A DNA stretch of 48,017 nt, the filler included, from Streblomastix strix (taxonomy: Eukaryota): assembly GCA_008636045.1 (NCBI GenBank). It is 2 parts of 2 records of this genome, joined end to end, with 100 filler letters (N's around TTAATTAATTAA, not from the genome) between each part and the next. Parts side by side here need not be neighbours in the genome. Positions count along the whole stretch, not along the records: positions 1 to 23,987 come from SNRW01000251.1; positions 24,088 to 48,017 come from SNRW01000252.1. One strand, given 5' to 3'. The position numbers and the translations under genes were made by a program. The notes beneath the pieces are model-generated. The model had not been told where the DNA came from and ran no database searches. It worked only from the letters and a program-made list of their open reading frames with translations. This document shows, piece after piece, positions 15,825 through 27,322 of this stretch (position 1 is its first letter; every line of letters starts with the position of its first letter).

Positions 15825-16566
15825 ATGGCCAATTTATAGAAGGATCTTGTTAACATCAAAATAGCATTTGAATATTTGGAATAAAAAATTGAAAAGTTCA
15901 GCACAGAAGTTTCAGAATATTCACTTCAAAATACTTCTGTTTGCATATATTTTTAAATTTAATTCTATTTTTTCTTTCAACTTTATAATTATCATTTTCC
16001 TTATCACAGAAGAAAGAGACTGTTATAAATGATTATGGTTTTATCTAAAAACTTTTCAAAGAATTCGATGAAAAAGTGATAAATTTGGGATCACCAGCAG
16101 ATAAAGATTTAAGGAACTACTAAAAAGTTTGCAGTTATGTTTAAAATATTTTCTTAATATTTCAAAAAAATTATTTTATATAGAAAATATACAAATTAAA
16201 AGTTCGTCATTATGAAAAGTATTCTGAGTTTTATAAGAAGAGAAATGGGATAAAAGAAGGAAATGAATGTGATAATCCATCCAATTGTTTGTTTAAATTT
16301 ATATTAACTTTGATTTTATATATTGTAAACATTAATATTTTTCTGCAATAAATATGAATATGATATTAAAACAGCATTACTCATTGTTCCTATAAATCAA
16401 TCTGGCGAAGAAAATAGAAAAACTGGAAAGATATGGCTTTTTTGCTCCATTTAATGGTTTGTCTATTATTATGTTTTATTAAATCATTATCTTGGTTAAC
16501 CATTATTTTTTATATTCTATGTAAACAAAGAATTAAAATTCTTTCTAAGGATGATTATCAACAAGG
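15825..16566 (+). pseudogene. Multi-exon hypothetical gene or pseudogene (coiled-coil-like N-terminus)
   Basis: ATG at 15825: MANLQKDLVNIKIAFEYLEQKIEKFSTEVSEYSLQNTS | KKETVINDYGFIQKLFKEFDEKVINLGSPADKDLRNYQK | KIYKLKVRHYEKYSEFYKKR..., joined in phase by GTTTG...AG introns. The next exon lacks a canonical AG acceptor (ctgcaa, ~16345), and no clean end was found. Confidence 0.45.
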
Positions 16567-16857
16567 TATGCATTATTCAATTAGAAACAAATTATTAGTA
16601 ATATAATATTAAATTTTAACACTGCTTTTATTTATATTATTCATTCATTTTAATGAATTTAATATATTTTTAAAAAAGTCAAATCATCAAATGAGTCAAG
16701 AAGTTAAGATTAAAGTCAATAATGTAATATATTTGTCGTTTTAGAAGAATTTTATTGATTTTTTTCTATTTAAATATAATAAACGAATAAGGGCTTATTT
16801 ATGATATTTCATACTATTAATTTTTATTTTTTTGAAATAATAAAATGAACAAGAAAA

Positions 16858-17194
16858 TTACATTCTGGATATATTAATGCGCTTGTTTCAACAGCAGCTT
16901 GCTGTGGTGGATATGAATGTGAGAATGATTATGAAATTGGTAATATAATAAATTGTTCAAACTACTTTTTCAAAATTCTTCATCAAGGGAAAGAAGATAA
17001 TGATTATCCATCATTCCCACCTCAACCATTACTTGTTAAAAATTCTAATGAACAATATGAGGAAGAAGGTGGAAAAAAAAGAAATAGAAGCATAATTTTT
17101 TAATTAAAGAAAATCTTAATTTGACATAAGAAATTTAAGCAAAGTCAAAACAATGATATTGAACATATTCATTGACTTTAGCCGTTTATGGTGA
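16858..17194 (+). pseudogene. Frameshifted C-terminal fragment of an expanded oxymonad-type ARM-like protein family
   Basis: LHSGYINALVSTAACCGGYECENDYEIGNIINCSNYFFKILHQGKEDNDYPSFPPQPLLVKNSNEQYEEEGG, then a +1 frameshift in the poly-A (17073-17080), then EIEAQF...W-TGA. It resembles the recurrent 'STAGG..EE.D.EI...PSF.P.PLL...EQIEEEG..EEIEAQ' tail of Streblomastix hypothetical proteins (recalled, not searched). Confidence 0.55.
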
Positions 17195-17690
17195 AGATGA
17201 TATATATGAATTTGATCCATTATACATTTTTTGCCTTTTGCTCTTTCTCTGTGATCTTTTCTATTAATTAGTTTATTCAATCTTATTTAATTTGAGTGAA
17301 ATAAAATGTAATTCTGTAGTTAAATAACAATTCGCCAATGATAATTTGTTTTATTGAATGAAATATTTTCAAACCTTGTTTAAGAATTCATAATATCCTT
17401 TATTTTAAAAAATCATTATCAAATTATTACTATTCATTTAGTTTTAATAATGCAAATTATGAAAAAATTGAAGCTGATTGTAGTTGATTAAAATTTATTT
17501 ATTTAAGATGAATAATAATAATAATAAATCTATTCAAATTAAAAATAATTATAAAATGTTGATTTAAAGCAAAGATTAAAATATTTAAAAGCTTTAAAGA
17601 GTAATAATTCTGTTTAGAATAAAAAGATATTGAAGTGTAAGTAATTGTTTAAAATATTCATAGTTCATAATTAATCTAATAATCATATAT

Positions 17691-19084
17691 TCACTAATCC
17701 AGAAGTTGAATCAGCTTATTCGCATTATTCTCCACTATCCTTTATGTATCAACAGACAATGTCACTGTAGTAACAACAGGCAATCCACTTTTCTGTTTGT
17801 CTTTTTATTTCTCTTTCAATTTGGCTTCTTTTTCCAATTTCTTCTCTTCTTCTTTTTTCTTCTTCTCTTCTTCTTTCTTTTGCTTCAATTCTTTCTCTTT
17901 TTAGAGTTTTTCTTCTTTTTCTTTTGATTATTTCTCATCTTTTTTATCATCTTTTTTCTAATCTAATTTTTTATCTTCTTTTTTATCTTCCTTTTTCTTA
18001 TCCTCTTTTTTAACTTCTTTTTTATCTTCTTTTTTATCTTCTTTTTTTTCATCTTTTTTCATATCTTCTTTTTAATCTTCTTTTTTTGATTGATTTGCGA
18101 TTATTATGCTGTCATGTAAGATAACACCATCCGCAAGTTCATGAAGTCTAAATAATAAAAAATTATTATATAAACAAATTAATAGAAAAATCTAAAAGGT
18201 GAAATAATTATTTCTAAATTTATTTTTTAATAGCATATTTTATATAACGAATTATATAAAATTTTACCTGCTCCTTCCTCGTTCATTCTAAAATAGATTT
18301 TTGACCTATAATTAAATTATTATTAAAATATTAAAAATAATAATAATAAATAATTGTAACAAATAAAACTGTATTAATAAATAATTCCAATTAAATAAAT
18401 TAAATTAATTAATTACAAACTTATTGTTTTGTTGTTGCTGATCCTTCTTCTATAAGTTAAATCAAACACCACAGAATGTTAGGGAATGATTATTGGTAGT
18501 AACTATGTCTGAATTAAATAAAAATATACACATTTAAATAATATATTAATTTAATTCATAAAAATATAATCGTTAAATTTAAGTTGTATTTAAATTTAAT
18601 TAAATTTAATTAAATTTAAATTATAAACCTCAACATTTCAGTCAGATCTTTCAGAAAATCGTCTGGTGTGATCAAATTATGATTATCTGCATTAGCTGCA
18701 AGAGAACTTATTATATAACAGGCGTTCTTTGATTCATTTTCTTTGTTCGATTTGATTTATTATTTAATTGTTGAAACAAACTATTGAAACTCTTTTGGCA
18801 AAGCAGCCGATTGATATATCCTTGTTATGCACGTAGCGATCAGTGACTGAAACATTTCAGGTTTAATTTAAGAGTTGAATAATTAAAGCAGTGTTTTTAT
18901 ATGTCCTTCTTTCTCAAAGTCTTCTCTGAATGGATGAGGTTCCTTAGGTCCAATCAGATACAAAGCGCCACCTACTGCATTATTAATGATGATCATTAAA
19001 TGGTGCAGCGCTTGGAGCTATTATACTGTCAATGGATCATCATACAACCATAAGGATTGTAGAAGTGGTGTTATATTAGTTGTA

Positions 19085-19180
<96 letters not shown>

Positions 19181-22100
19181 GAAGAAGAAGATTAAGAAGA
19201 TGATGATTATGATGATTATTAAGTTGTATTTGTTTGTTATGGTGACTTTTAAGGAGTTGTCGGTGTTGGTTTTGACTAACCTGTAGCAGTAGCCTAAATT
19301 TGTGCAATTCCAGTATTCCACATATCAATGTATTTATTGATCAGAGTAAATGCAACTTTCACAACACCCAAATATTCAACAAACATCTTTTTAGTGCCGG
19401 GTGATGCTCTTCTTACTAATTGAACAAGCGCATTTGTTTGTATCTGATTGATTCTCTCAATTCCTCGGAATGGTTGTGTAGTCAGAACCATGCAGAGCCT
19501 TTGTACTAATGGAGTTCGAAGAGCTGTATCAACTGCTGCTCCTAAACAATAATGAAGATATTTAATAATAAATAAATTTATAATTAAATAATTAACATCG
19601 TAAATTTATTGTGTTTTATTTTTAATTAGCAAAATATACCAGTTGTTCCTTCAGCCAGAAATCCAATCACACTGCATGATTCATTGATCATATATTCTTA
19701 TTCTTCTTCAGCTTATAAATGTCTCTCATCAATATCTGTAATTGAAATCCCCCTTTTCGCTAAATAAGATCCAAAAGTTTATCCAAGTCCTTTTAAGGAG
19801 AATTTATTAATATATGGCTTCTTGGGTGGTGTAATCAATTTAGATGATTTCTGATCTGATTAATCAGACATTTCTGTATTTGATGCTCCTTCAGTATTAC
19901 GATTCTGATTAATTGGAGTTTGAACTGAATTATTTCCATTATTTTAATCTTTGGAACCAGAATCGTCTGATTTTGATGGTGTTTTAGTATTATCTTTATC
20001 TTTCTTTAATTATTCTTTTCTTTCTTATTCAATTTTAGCTTTAATTTATTATTCTTTTAGAATTTTTTCATCTTCTTCTTTTTTCACATCTTTTACTAAT
20101 ATAAGATCGCTTAGATCATAGAAGATTGATTTTCTGCACAGTTGTTTGATGAAATCTTCATCTTCTTCTGGAAGTCTGTTTTTGATCAATGCGAGAGCTC
20201 TACGAACCAAGAGGCGATCTTCATCACTGAAGGAATAATAAATAAATCCATTAAATTTAAATATAACAAAATATAGTAAAATAAAATAAAATAATAATAT
20301 ATTATTTTATTTATTCTTTTTCATACCAATATTTTGATGCAGCAGCAAGCAAATAAATATACTATGTTTAATCTAGGAATTTATCATCATCATCAATAAC
20401 ATCTATGATTATGAATGTAAATAATATAAATATATATCAAATAAAGTCATTCATATATATAATCAACTATCAAAATAAATCAATTTTCAATATATACAAA
20501 ATCAAATATATATATTCAACTATCAAAATAAATTAACTAATAATATAAACTATTAAAATAAACATATCCATTTCTATATCCATATGTCCAATATATATCA
20601 ATCACACCATCATTATCGCTTTCCCTCATCAACTTCTTCTTCTTTCCTTTTGCAGCTTCCACTGCCTGAGCCAATTGCTTATCTTTTTCTTTGATTATAT
20701 CATTCAGTCTTTTGCTCTCTTTTTCTTTCTAATCTTGTTCATCTGCAATCCTCTTCTCAAGATTGGCGATTCTGCGGAGTAATTCGGTGTTTTCGTTCTG
20801 GAGTTTCTGGTTTTCGGATATTTGAGTGTCTTTGAGCTTCTGCTGCTCGTCGAGATCCTTGAATTTTATATTGATAAGTATTGTATTGAAATATATTATG
20901 AGAATATTAAATGATTAAATAATTTATTTATTAAAGTAAATCAATCAAATATTTATTTAATTAGTGTTACACATTCAAATATTATTTATTTGCAAAATAA
21001 ATCAAATTTAAAAATTCAATTAATATAGTTCTGAATACTTTATTTAATTAATCCATCTTCTTCTAGTTATTCTCTGCTTGATCTTACATGTTCATCATCT
21101 CCATTTCAATACGATCACATTTCTCTTTGTATGTTTCACCATCGCTTCCTTATGTATTAATATATTATTACAATATAATATTACAATATAATGATATAAA
21201 TAAATATTATGTAACATTAATTAATTTTGATGTATAGATAATAAAAATTAATAATAAAAAATAAATAGGTATATTTAAAATTACAGTTTTCAAACCTGCA
21301 GCTTTTTGATCTCCTTCGTCTTCTCGTTGTAAGTGATATAAATAGAGAAGAACTAATGTTATTCTTGCAAATAACTTTCGAAACATTGGAGTTTGCTTGA
21401 ACTAAAATAATATAAATATTTAAATGAATTAAAGAAAAATCATTTGTAAAAATTATGTATATTTTTTCATCAATATCTTTCTTAATAATTATTACTTATT
21501 ATATTTCATACATCCTTCTATCTTCTTTGATTCTCCATCTGTTTTGTAAGTTTAATTAATTCCTCTCTCAAATATGTCTCATATTTCGCTTCATTTTCTT
21601 CCTAACGTTTAATTTATTCTTCAGCTGTTTTTTCATCTATAGTTTATTCTTACGCTAATTGTTTGGCAAGCTGATGGTATATATAAGACATATAACATAT
21701 AAGATATATATTATAAGTTAAATATATATATAAAGAGTATTGGATGAAAATACAATTGAAAAATATTAATAAATTATTAAACCGCTCGAAGTGACGTCAT
21801 ATCCTTTTTTTATTATCTTCTTACAACAAGCCATTCGGTCATTAAAACAAGCAATCCTAATTTTGTCTCTAACGAAACATTATCCTTCATCAAGTTGTTC
21901 ATCATAGTCCAAACTGTCAATTTGTATTGAAGAACATTTCGAACTTATTTTGATTAATTGAATAAAGCACCCATAATGTAAGGAACAACAATTCGTGTAT
22001 CAGCAGGGGTATCCTATAAAAAATATTAAATTTGAATTTAAATGAAACAGACAATGTTAAAAAATCAATTAATTATTTTACTGTTATTTTTTCTAGTGAG

Positions 22101-22644
22101 TTGAAAATTAGTTATTTTTCATTTTATTTTGTTAATGCCCAGTTTCCGAACAACCCCATTGATTAAATAACAAATGAAGCAACTTCCTATGAAAATAAAA
22201 CAAAATATAATAATAAAAAAACAATGAAGTAGTTAACTCAAAATTATATATACCTTGGTTCCAGGCTCATCAATCGCAGCTGCTTTTTCCAGCATCAATT
22301 CCACCCCACCTTATTTCTAAAGGGCATCTGTATACTTCGGTCCTGCATAACAATATATTATTTAGAGTTTTAATCATAAAATAATTAACAGAAAATATGT
22401 TCCTGCATACCGGTGTCGAGTAGAAAGTTTATTTTCATCATTACTCCTGTAAGTCCCTTTTTACAAGCCCTTAATTCATCAATGCCCTTCTTTATTTTTT
22501 CTTCTTCCTAAATTATATTTATATTTATAAAATAAAATTAATGGCATAGTACAAAATTGAAATGATAAGAAAAAATGTTTTTACAATACGTACCGATGCT
22601 TTTTCATCAAAGTCTGGTTTCTCATTGGTGAATGAATCTGCCAT
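17691..22644 (-). CDS. Hypothetical ARM-like/coiled-coil protein, ~15 exons, with poly-Ser and Lys/Glu/Asp-rich tracts
   Basis: ATG at 22644 MADSFTNEKPDFDEKAS. Exons encode ...GGVELMLEKAAAIDEPGTK|EVASFVIQSMGLFG..., a coiled coil, and MVLTTQPFRGIERINQIQTNALVQLVRR.... Ends SGLPVVTTVTLSVDTQRIVENNANKLIQLLDQ-TGA (17693-17691). Introns are AT-rich GT-AG; not every junction was phase-checked. Confidence 0.75.
19085..19177. repeat. (GAT)31 trinucleotide repeat, i.e. poly-Ser (TCA)n in the minus-strand CDS
   Basis: The coding frame of the flanking ORF 19294-19491 is the TCA frame. The poly-D/M/H/I ORFs in the track are other frames. Confidence 0.92.
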
Positions 22645-22903
22645 TAGTAATTTTATAATTGAACTTTAATCAAATAACTTTAAATTGATGAAATAAATAT
22701 GAAGGAAATATAACTGATATAAATTTGAAAAGAAGTACAACATATCATTTTGATTATTTAATTATTTGTTATATTATATATTATATTAAATTATGCTGGA
22801 AAAAAATATTTTCGAAACAATAGAAAATGAAAAATTTGCACAATTCAAAAATTTATATGAAGAGGATAACTTTTCTATATAATGTTATAATTACAATACA
22901 AAA

Positions 22904-23096
22904 TTTAATTATAATAAATATAAGAACACTATTTTTCCCAAAGAAGTTGATACTAGCGCTTTATTTAAGGATTTAAGTTCACTGGTCAAAATTTTTTTCA
23001 CAGGGAAAAAAATTTTTTTATAAAAAAGTAAAAATTTGCTATTTTTAATTAAACTTCTTTGGGGAAAATAGTGTTCTTATATTTATTATAATTAAA
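22904..23096. mobile_element. 193-bp inverted-repeat element (MITE-like/foldback)
   Basis: 22904-22948 TTTAATTATAATAAATATAAGAACACTATTTTTCCCAAAGAAGTT is the reverse complement of 23052-23096 with 1 mismatch in 45 bp. The spacer is ~103 bp and no TSD is obvious. Confidence 0.6.
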
Positions 23097-23214
23097 ATTC
23101 CTAATCTTAATAAGATACAACAACTCATTTAATAAATAAATAGTATAAATGGAGTTAACACAAAAAATTAATAATCAATAAAAACGACTGTACAGAAAAT
23201 TCAAATACTCATAT

Positions 23215-23987
23215 TCATTCTTATTTTTCAAGAAGTTTCAATAGTTTACTCGCATTTGTCTAAACTCTCTTCTTAGCATCGACTGAAAGTGTCACTACTG
23301 TTACAACAGGAATGTCGCTTACTTTGCTTTAATTTTAATCATGAGTTTGCTTTTCATTGTAAAGAATGATCCCATCAGCAAGTTCACGCACTCTATAAAA
23401 ATAGTTGGTGAAAAATAAAATTAAAACAAATGAAAATTACAAAAATTTTTAATTATAAAAAGTATATCAATTATAATCAAAGAGTAAAATTAAATTAAAA
23501 ATTTTTAAGAAGTAATTATTAAATAATATCTAACCTACTAACTGATTTTTCATTCTAAAATATATTTCGAATCTATCGTATAAATATTATAATTAATAAT
23601 AAATATTATAATTAAATATAAAATCGAACAAATAAATTTAAACTATAATTAAATTAATATTATAATTTTTAATAATTATCGAACTTGTAGCTTAGTGGCA
23701 GTTGATCCTTTTTGCAGAAGCAGACTAAAACATGATAAGATGAGTAAGAATGACTGCTAATTATAACTATGTCTGAAATTATTTAGAAATTAATGAAAAA
23801 ATAATTTAAATTATAAAAAAATAAATTACGTAAACAAGAATGTTTTTAAATTTTAATTATTAGTACAAATTAAAAAATAATTATTCATAAACCTTAATAA
23901 TTCATCTAAGTCATTCAAAAAGTCTTCTGATGTGATTAATTCATGATTTGCTTTAATTTTATTTTTCACCAACTATTTTTATTGAGT
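23215..23987 (-). CDS. 3' part (last 4 exons) of a tandem paralog of the 17691-22644 gene, truncated by the contig end
   Basis: Ends SDIPVVTVVTLSVDAKKRVQTNASKLLKLLEKQE-TGA, homologous to the C-terminus at 17691-17790. It shares the exon pattern, including a ~39-bp micro-exon (~23535-23574 vs ~18268-18305). Confidence 0.8.
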
Positions 23988-24087
23988 NNNNNNNNNNNNN
24001 NNNNNNNNNNNNNNNNNNNNNNNNNNNNNNNTTAATTAATTAANNNNNNNNNNNNNNNNNNNNNNNNNNNNNNNNNNNNNNNNNNNN
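23988..24087. other. Artificial contig-joining linker (44 N + TTAATTAATTAA + 44 N)
   Basis: Symmetric 100-bp N block with the standard six-frame-stop spacer at 24032-24043. Confidence 0.95.
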
Positions 24088-25046
24088 ACATCACGCACCT
24101 AACCCTTACAACATATATTTACATTCATCCTTGCATGAAAAATTTGAGTCCTTGCATTTGCCTATAAAATTCTAGCTGAGTCCTGGCAAAAAGCAAGGAC
24201 GTTTAAAGCCTAGAGGGAATACTGATCTATTTTTTGAAGTTAAATTGTTATGATCAATCAATAATAATGCAAAAAGTTCATGAATCCATTTTTACTTGTT
24301 TATTCAAGACAATAACAAATTTTATTGATACATATGAAAAAAAAAGCAGATAAAAATAATTTTCATGAAAATCTTGCTTTTCCCAATTTATGAACATAAT
24401 TATTGGATAAAAAGTATATACAAGTACTCTATTTCTTTAAAATATTTCATTTTTGAATGAATTATGTTATATAAAATCATCATTGTTCGCAATTTAACCT
24501 TATTTATTTTTAGATCTTGCCATATTTATTCAAGTTTGACATACCTACAAAAATTTAATCTGAAAAAATCAGCTCTATTCATAATTTAATTCATTCAACT
24601 ACCCAATCATATTTTTTCAGCAAAACAAATAACATTTTATTAAAATTGCTTTTGCGTCTTACTTGTTTTATTAATTTTATTTATTTTAACATTTTTGTAA
24701 TATCTTAAAAGTATTAATTAATTATAGTTACTTTCCAATTAATTATTTCTAATAATAACTTCAGAAGAAACCGTATATAATTTTCAATTATTAAAAAGGC
24801 TATTATTCCTGAAAAATAATTAAATAAGTGTTTTCATTTTTAAAATTCCATCGAAAAAATACTTTCATTTTGCTTTTTTCGAACTATTCTTATTATTTAA
24901 AGCTCATACTGAATAAATTACGAACTTTTTCTATAATTTTTCCTTCAAATTTACTTTCTTTCTCAATATTTATCTTTAACATGGATAAATAATATTCATT
25001 TGTTTATTTTTTAATATATTATTTATTTTACTGCCTTATTTAGCCA

Positions 25047-27198
25047 ATGGCAGAAGAAGGAACACGCCGACCACTTCACTCTGACCTAATTGATGGATCA
25101 AATATTCCATTTTCAATATCTTCTGGATTTGTATGTTAATAAATAAGTTTTATTTATTATAAATTACTTTTTTTATTTTTATTTTTTATTTAATTATCAA
25201 TTCTTAATCATTCTGACATTATTTATTATATTCAATTATAGCCATTTGGCTAACTAGCTTTGAGACTGAAAACGGATAATCTTCCTGAAGATGAACAAAT
25301 CGTTGTGTTGCAATAAATGCTTTTTCTTTCTTTAAGATGTTTGTATTTATTATTTATTTATAAATTTAATGATTGAATTTATTTATTCTTTTATTAACCA
25401 GCTGATGAAGATCTCCGAGTTGCACTTGACAGTGAAGGAATTGAATCTGCAAGTTCATTATTTACCAAAACACCAAACAAACGAATAAAAGTAAGATTTA
25501 ATTAATTAATTAATTTATTTTATTTATTTATTTATTTTAATTCATTTCAGCAACTTTGCATTGGATTGGTTGGAATGATTGGACAACTTGGAGTTGAAGA
25601 TGAATAAAAAGAAGATTTGATTGATTTGTGCATTCCACTATCAAAACTACTTTTCGTTTGATTATTAAATTAAAATTTTTATTTAATAATTATTTTCTAT
25701 CATTTATTATTTATTTACTTATTAATCAACTTCAGTCTTCTGATAATGAATTATAACGCAGAGGAAAGAATACATTAATGAACTTGGTTGAACGAAATGA
25801 AGAAGTTGTATCTAATCTTCTTCAGATTGGAATATTAGATAGAGCTGCTGAATCATTGATGAGAATTCCATTATCTTCTTCATAATAATAGACTTCGATA
25901 CTTTCAATGGCATCTTCATAATCACAGACATCATCTTCTTCTCCTTATTCTATATTTGTAATGAATATTCTTGAAGTATTGAATAAAGTATTGAATTGTG
26001 AGAATGCTATGTTTTCAAAGTCAAATAAACTTATTTCAGCCTTGGAGAGGATTAAAAATGAAGGAAATACAAAAGAAATCCGAAAGAAAGCAAGAAATGT
26101 TTAAGATTCAATTATTGATGAAGGATAAGATAATGAAACTGAAACGTAACTTGAATAATCAAAAGAAAAGATTATAAGTTTAGAAGATAGAATAAGAATA
26201 TTAGAAGAATCAATTCGTAATAAAGAAGAAAGAGAAAGAATTCAATAATAAGAAAATATTAAATCTGATTAATAAATTGATACATTGAAAAAAGATAAAA
26301 ATGAAGCAATGAGAATATCAAGTTAAATTTCAAAGAGAATGAACGATCATCTTAAATCGATGGTGAATGAAAGTGATTTAGAAAAGTTGAGAATGATTCC
26401 TTGGATTGAAATGTGCAAAGATCTTTCAAAACCAAAGGTTTCTGGATAAGAAGGATCAATTGATTCATAAAGATAGATTGAGATCTGTGAATATTTGATT
26501 GAGTTGTTTAAAGATTCAAAGATAAATGATGAATATAGAAATCGATTCATTTAATGTGGAGCTGCAAAAGCGCTTCTTAATATCTTTTAAAATTGGAAGC
26601 TTGAAGACATCAAAGAACAATATTCTGAAGCATTCTTCCTTCTTGCTTACACTTCTAACGAAGAAATTATTCAACTCATCTTCACTCTTAATCCATTCAA
26701 AGGTCTTCTCAATCTTCTTGAACATTCAAATATTATTATTTAAAAAAGAGGACTTGAATCCATATTCAACATACAGTTAGGAGGGTCTAGATCAAAATCA
26801 AAAACAGAAGTTCATCCATATTTTGATGCAATTGCTTCTATTGGTGGAATAGAAAAGATCTATGAATTCATGAACAGAAATAATACGACAAAATATTGTA
26901 AAGATCTTTCTGCCATAACGATTGGATATTTTTATAGAGCAAGAAATTATGAAAATGTTGATATGAGGATAAATGTTATCAAACAATTGAAATCAGTTGT
27001 TTAGGATCAGAACAATTCACTAAAAGTTAATGCAAAAAGTGCACTTAATAAACTTACGTTTAACTCGGGTATTGAAATAATATAGATTAGTTTTATATTG
27101 AAATTATTTTATTCGTTATAATTCATATTCATATTAATATATTTATTTCAGATAATAAAGAAGAAATCGAAAAGGGTGGATTTGTGGTTCCTGAATGA
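25047..27198 (+). CDS. ARM-repeat/coiled-coil hypothetical protein (expanded family, paralog A), 6 exons
   Basis: ATG at 25047 MAEEGTRRPLHSDLIDG.... The long exon 25736-27068 encodes ...VVSNLLQIGILDRAAESL...LRMIPWIEMCKDLSKP...HPYFDAIASIGGIEKIYEFM...KDLSAITIGYFYRA.... The last exon is NKEEIEKGGFVVPE-TGA, and junction phases are consistent. Confidence 0.85.
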
Positions 27199-27322
27199 GT
27201 TTTAAATTAGTTTCACTTTTTATTTATTTGTTACTTATTTTATTCCGTTCAATGATAGTCAGCAAAGTAGTAGTTATTTGGAATCGTTTCGCATTAATAA
27301 AATAAAAAATAAAAAATAATTA

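Noticed and set aside
5251..19328. Poly-M/K, poly-H, poly-I and poly-D ORFs in the supplied track
   Set aside because: They are alternative-frame or antisense readings of Ser/Gln/acidic tracts in the real minus-strand genes under the TAR=Gln code.
24097..24108. Telomere-like CCTAACCCTTA at the contig start
   Set aside because: Fewer than two repeat units, compatible with chance.
24100..24985. Possible displaced 3' remainder of the SMYD gene upstream of ARM paralog A
   Set aside because: Only short stop-interrupted frames, with no Cys cluster or helical-repeat similarity that I can support.
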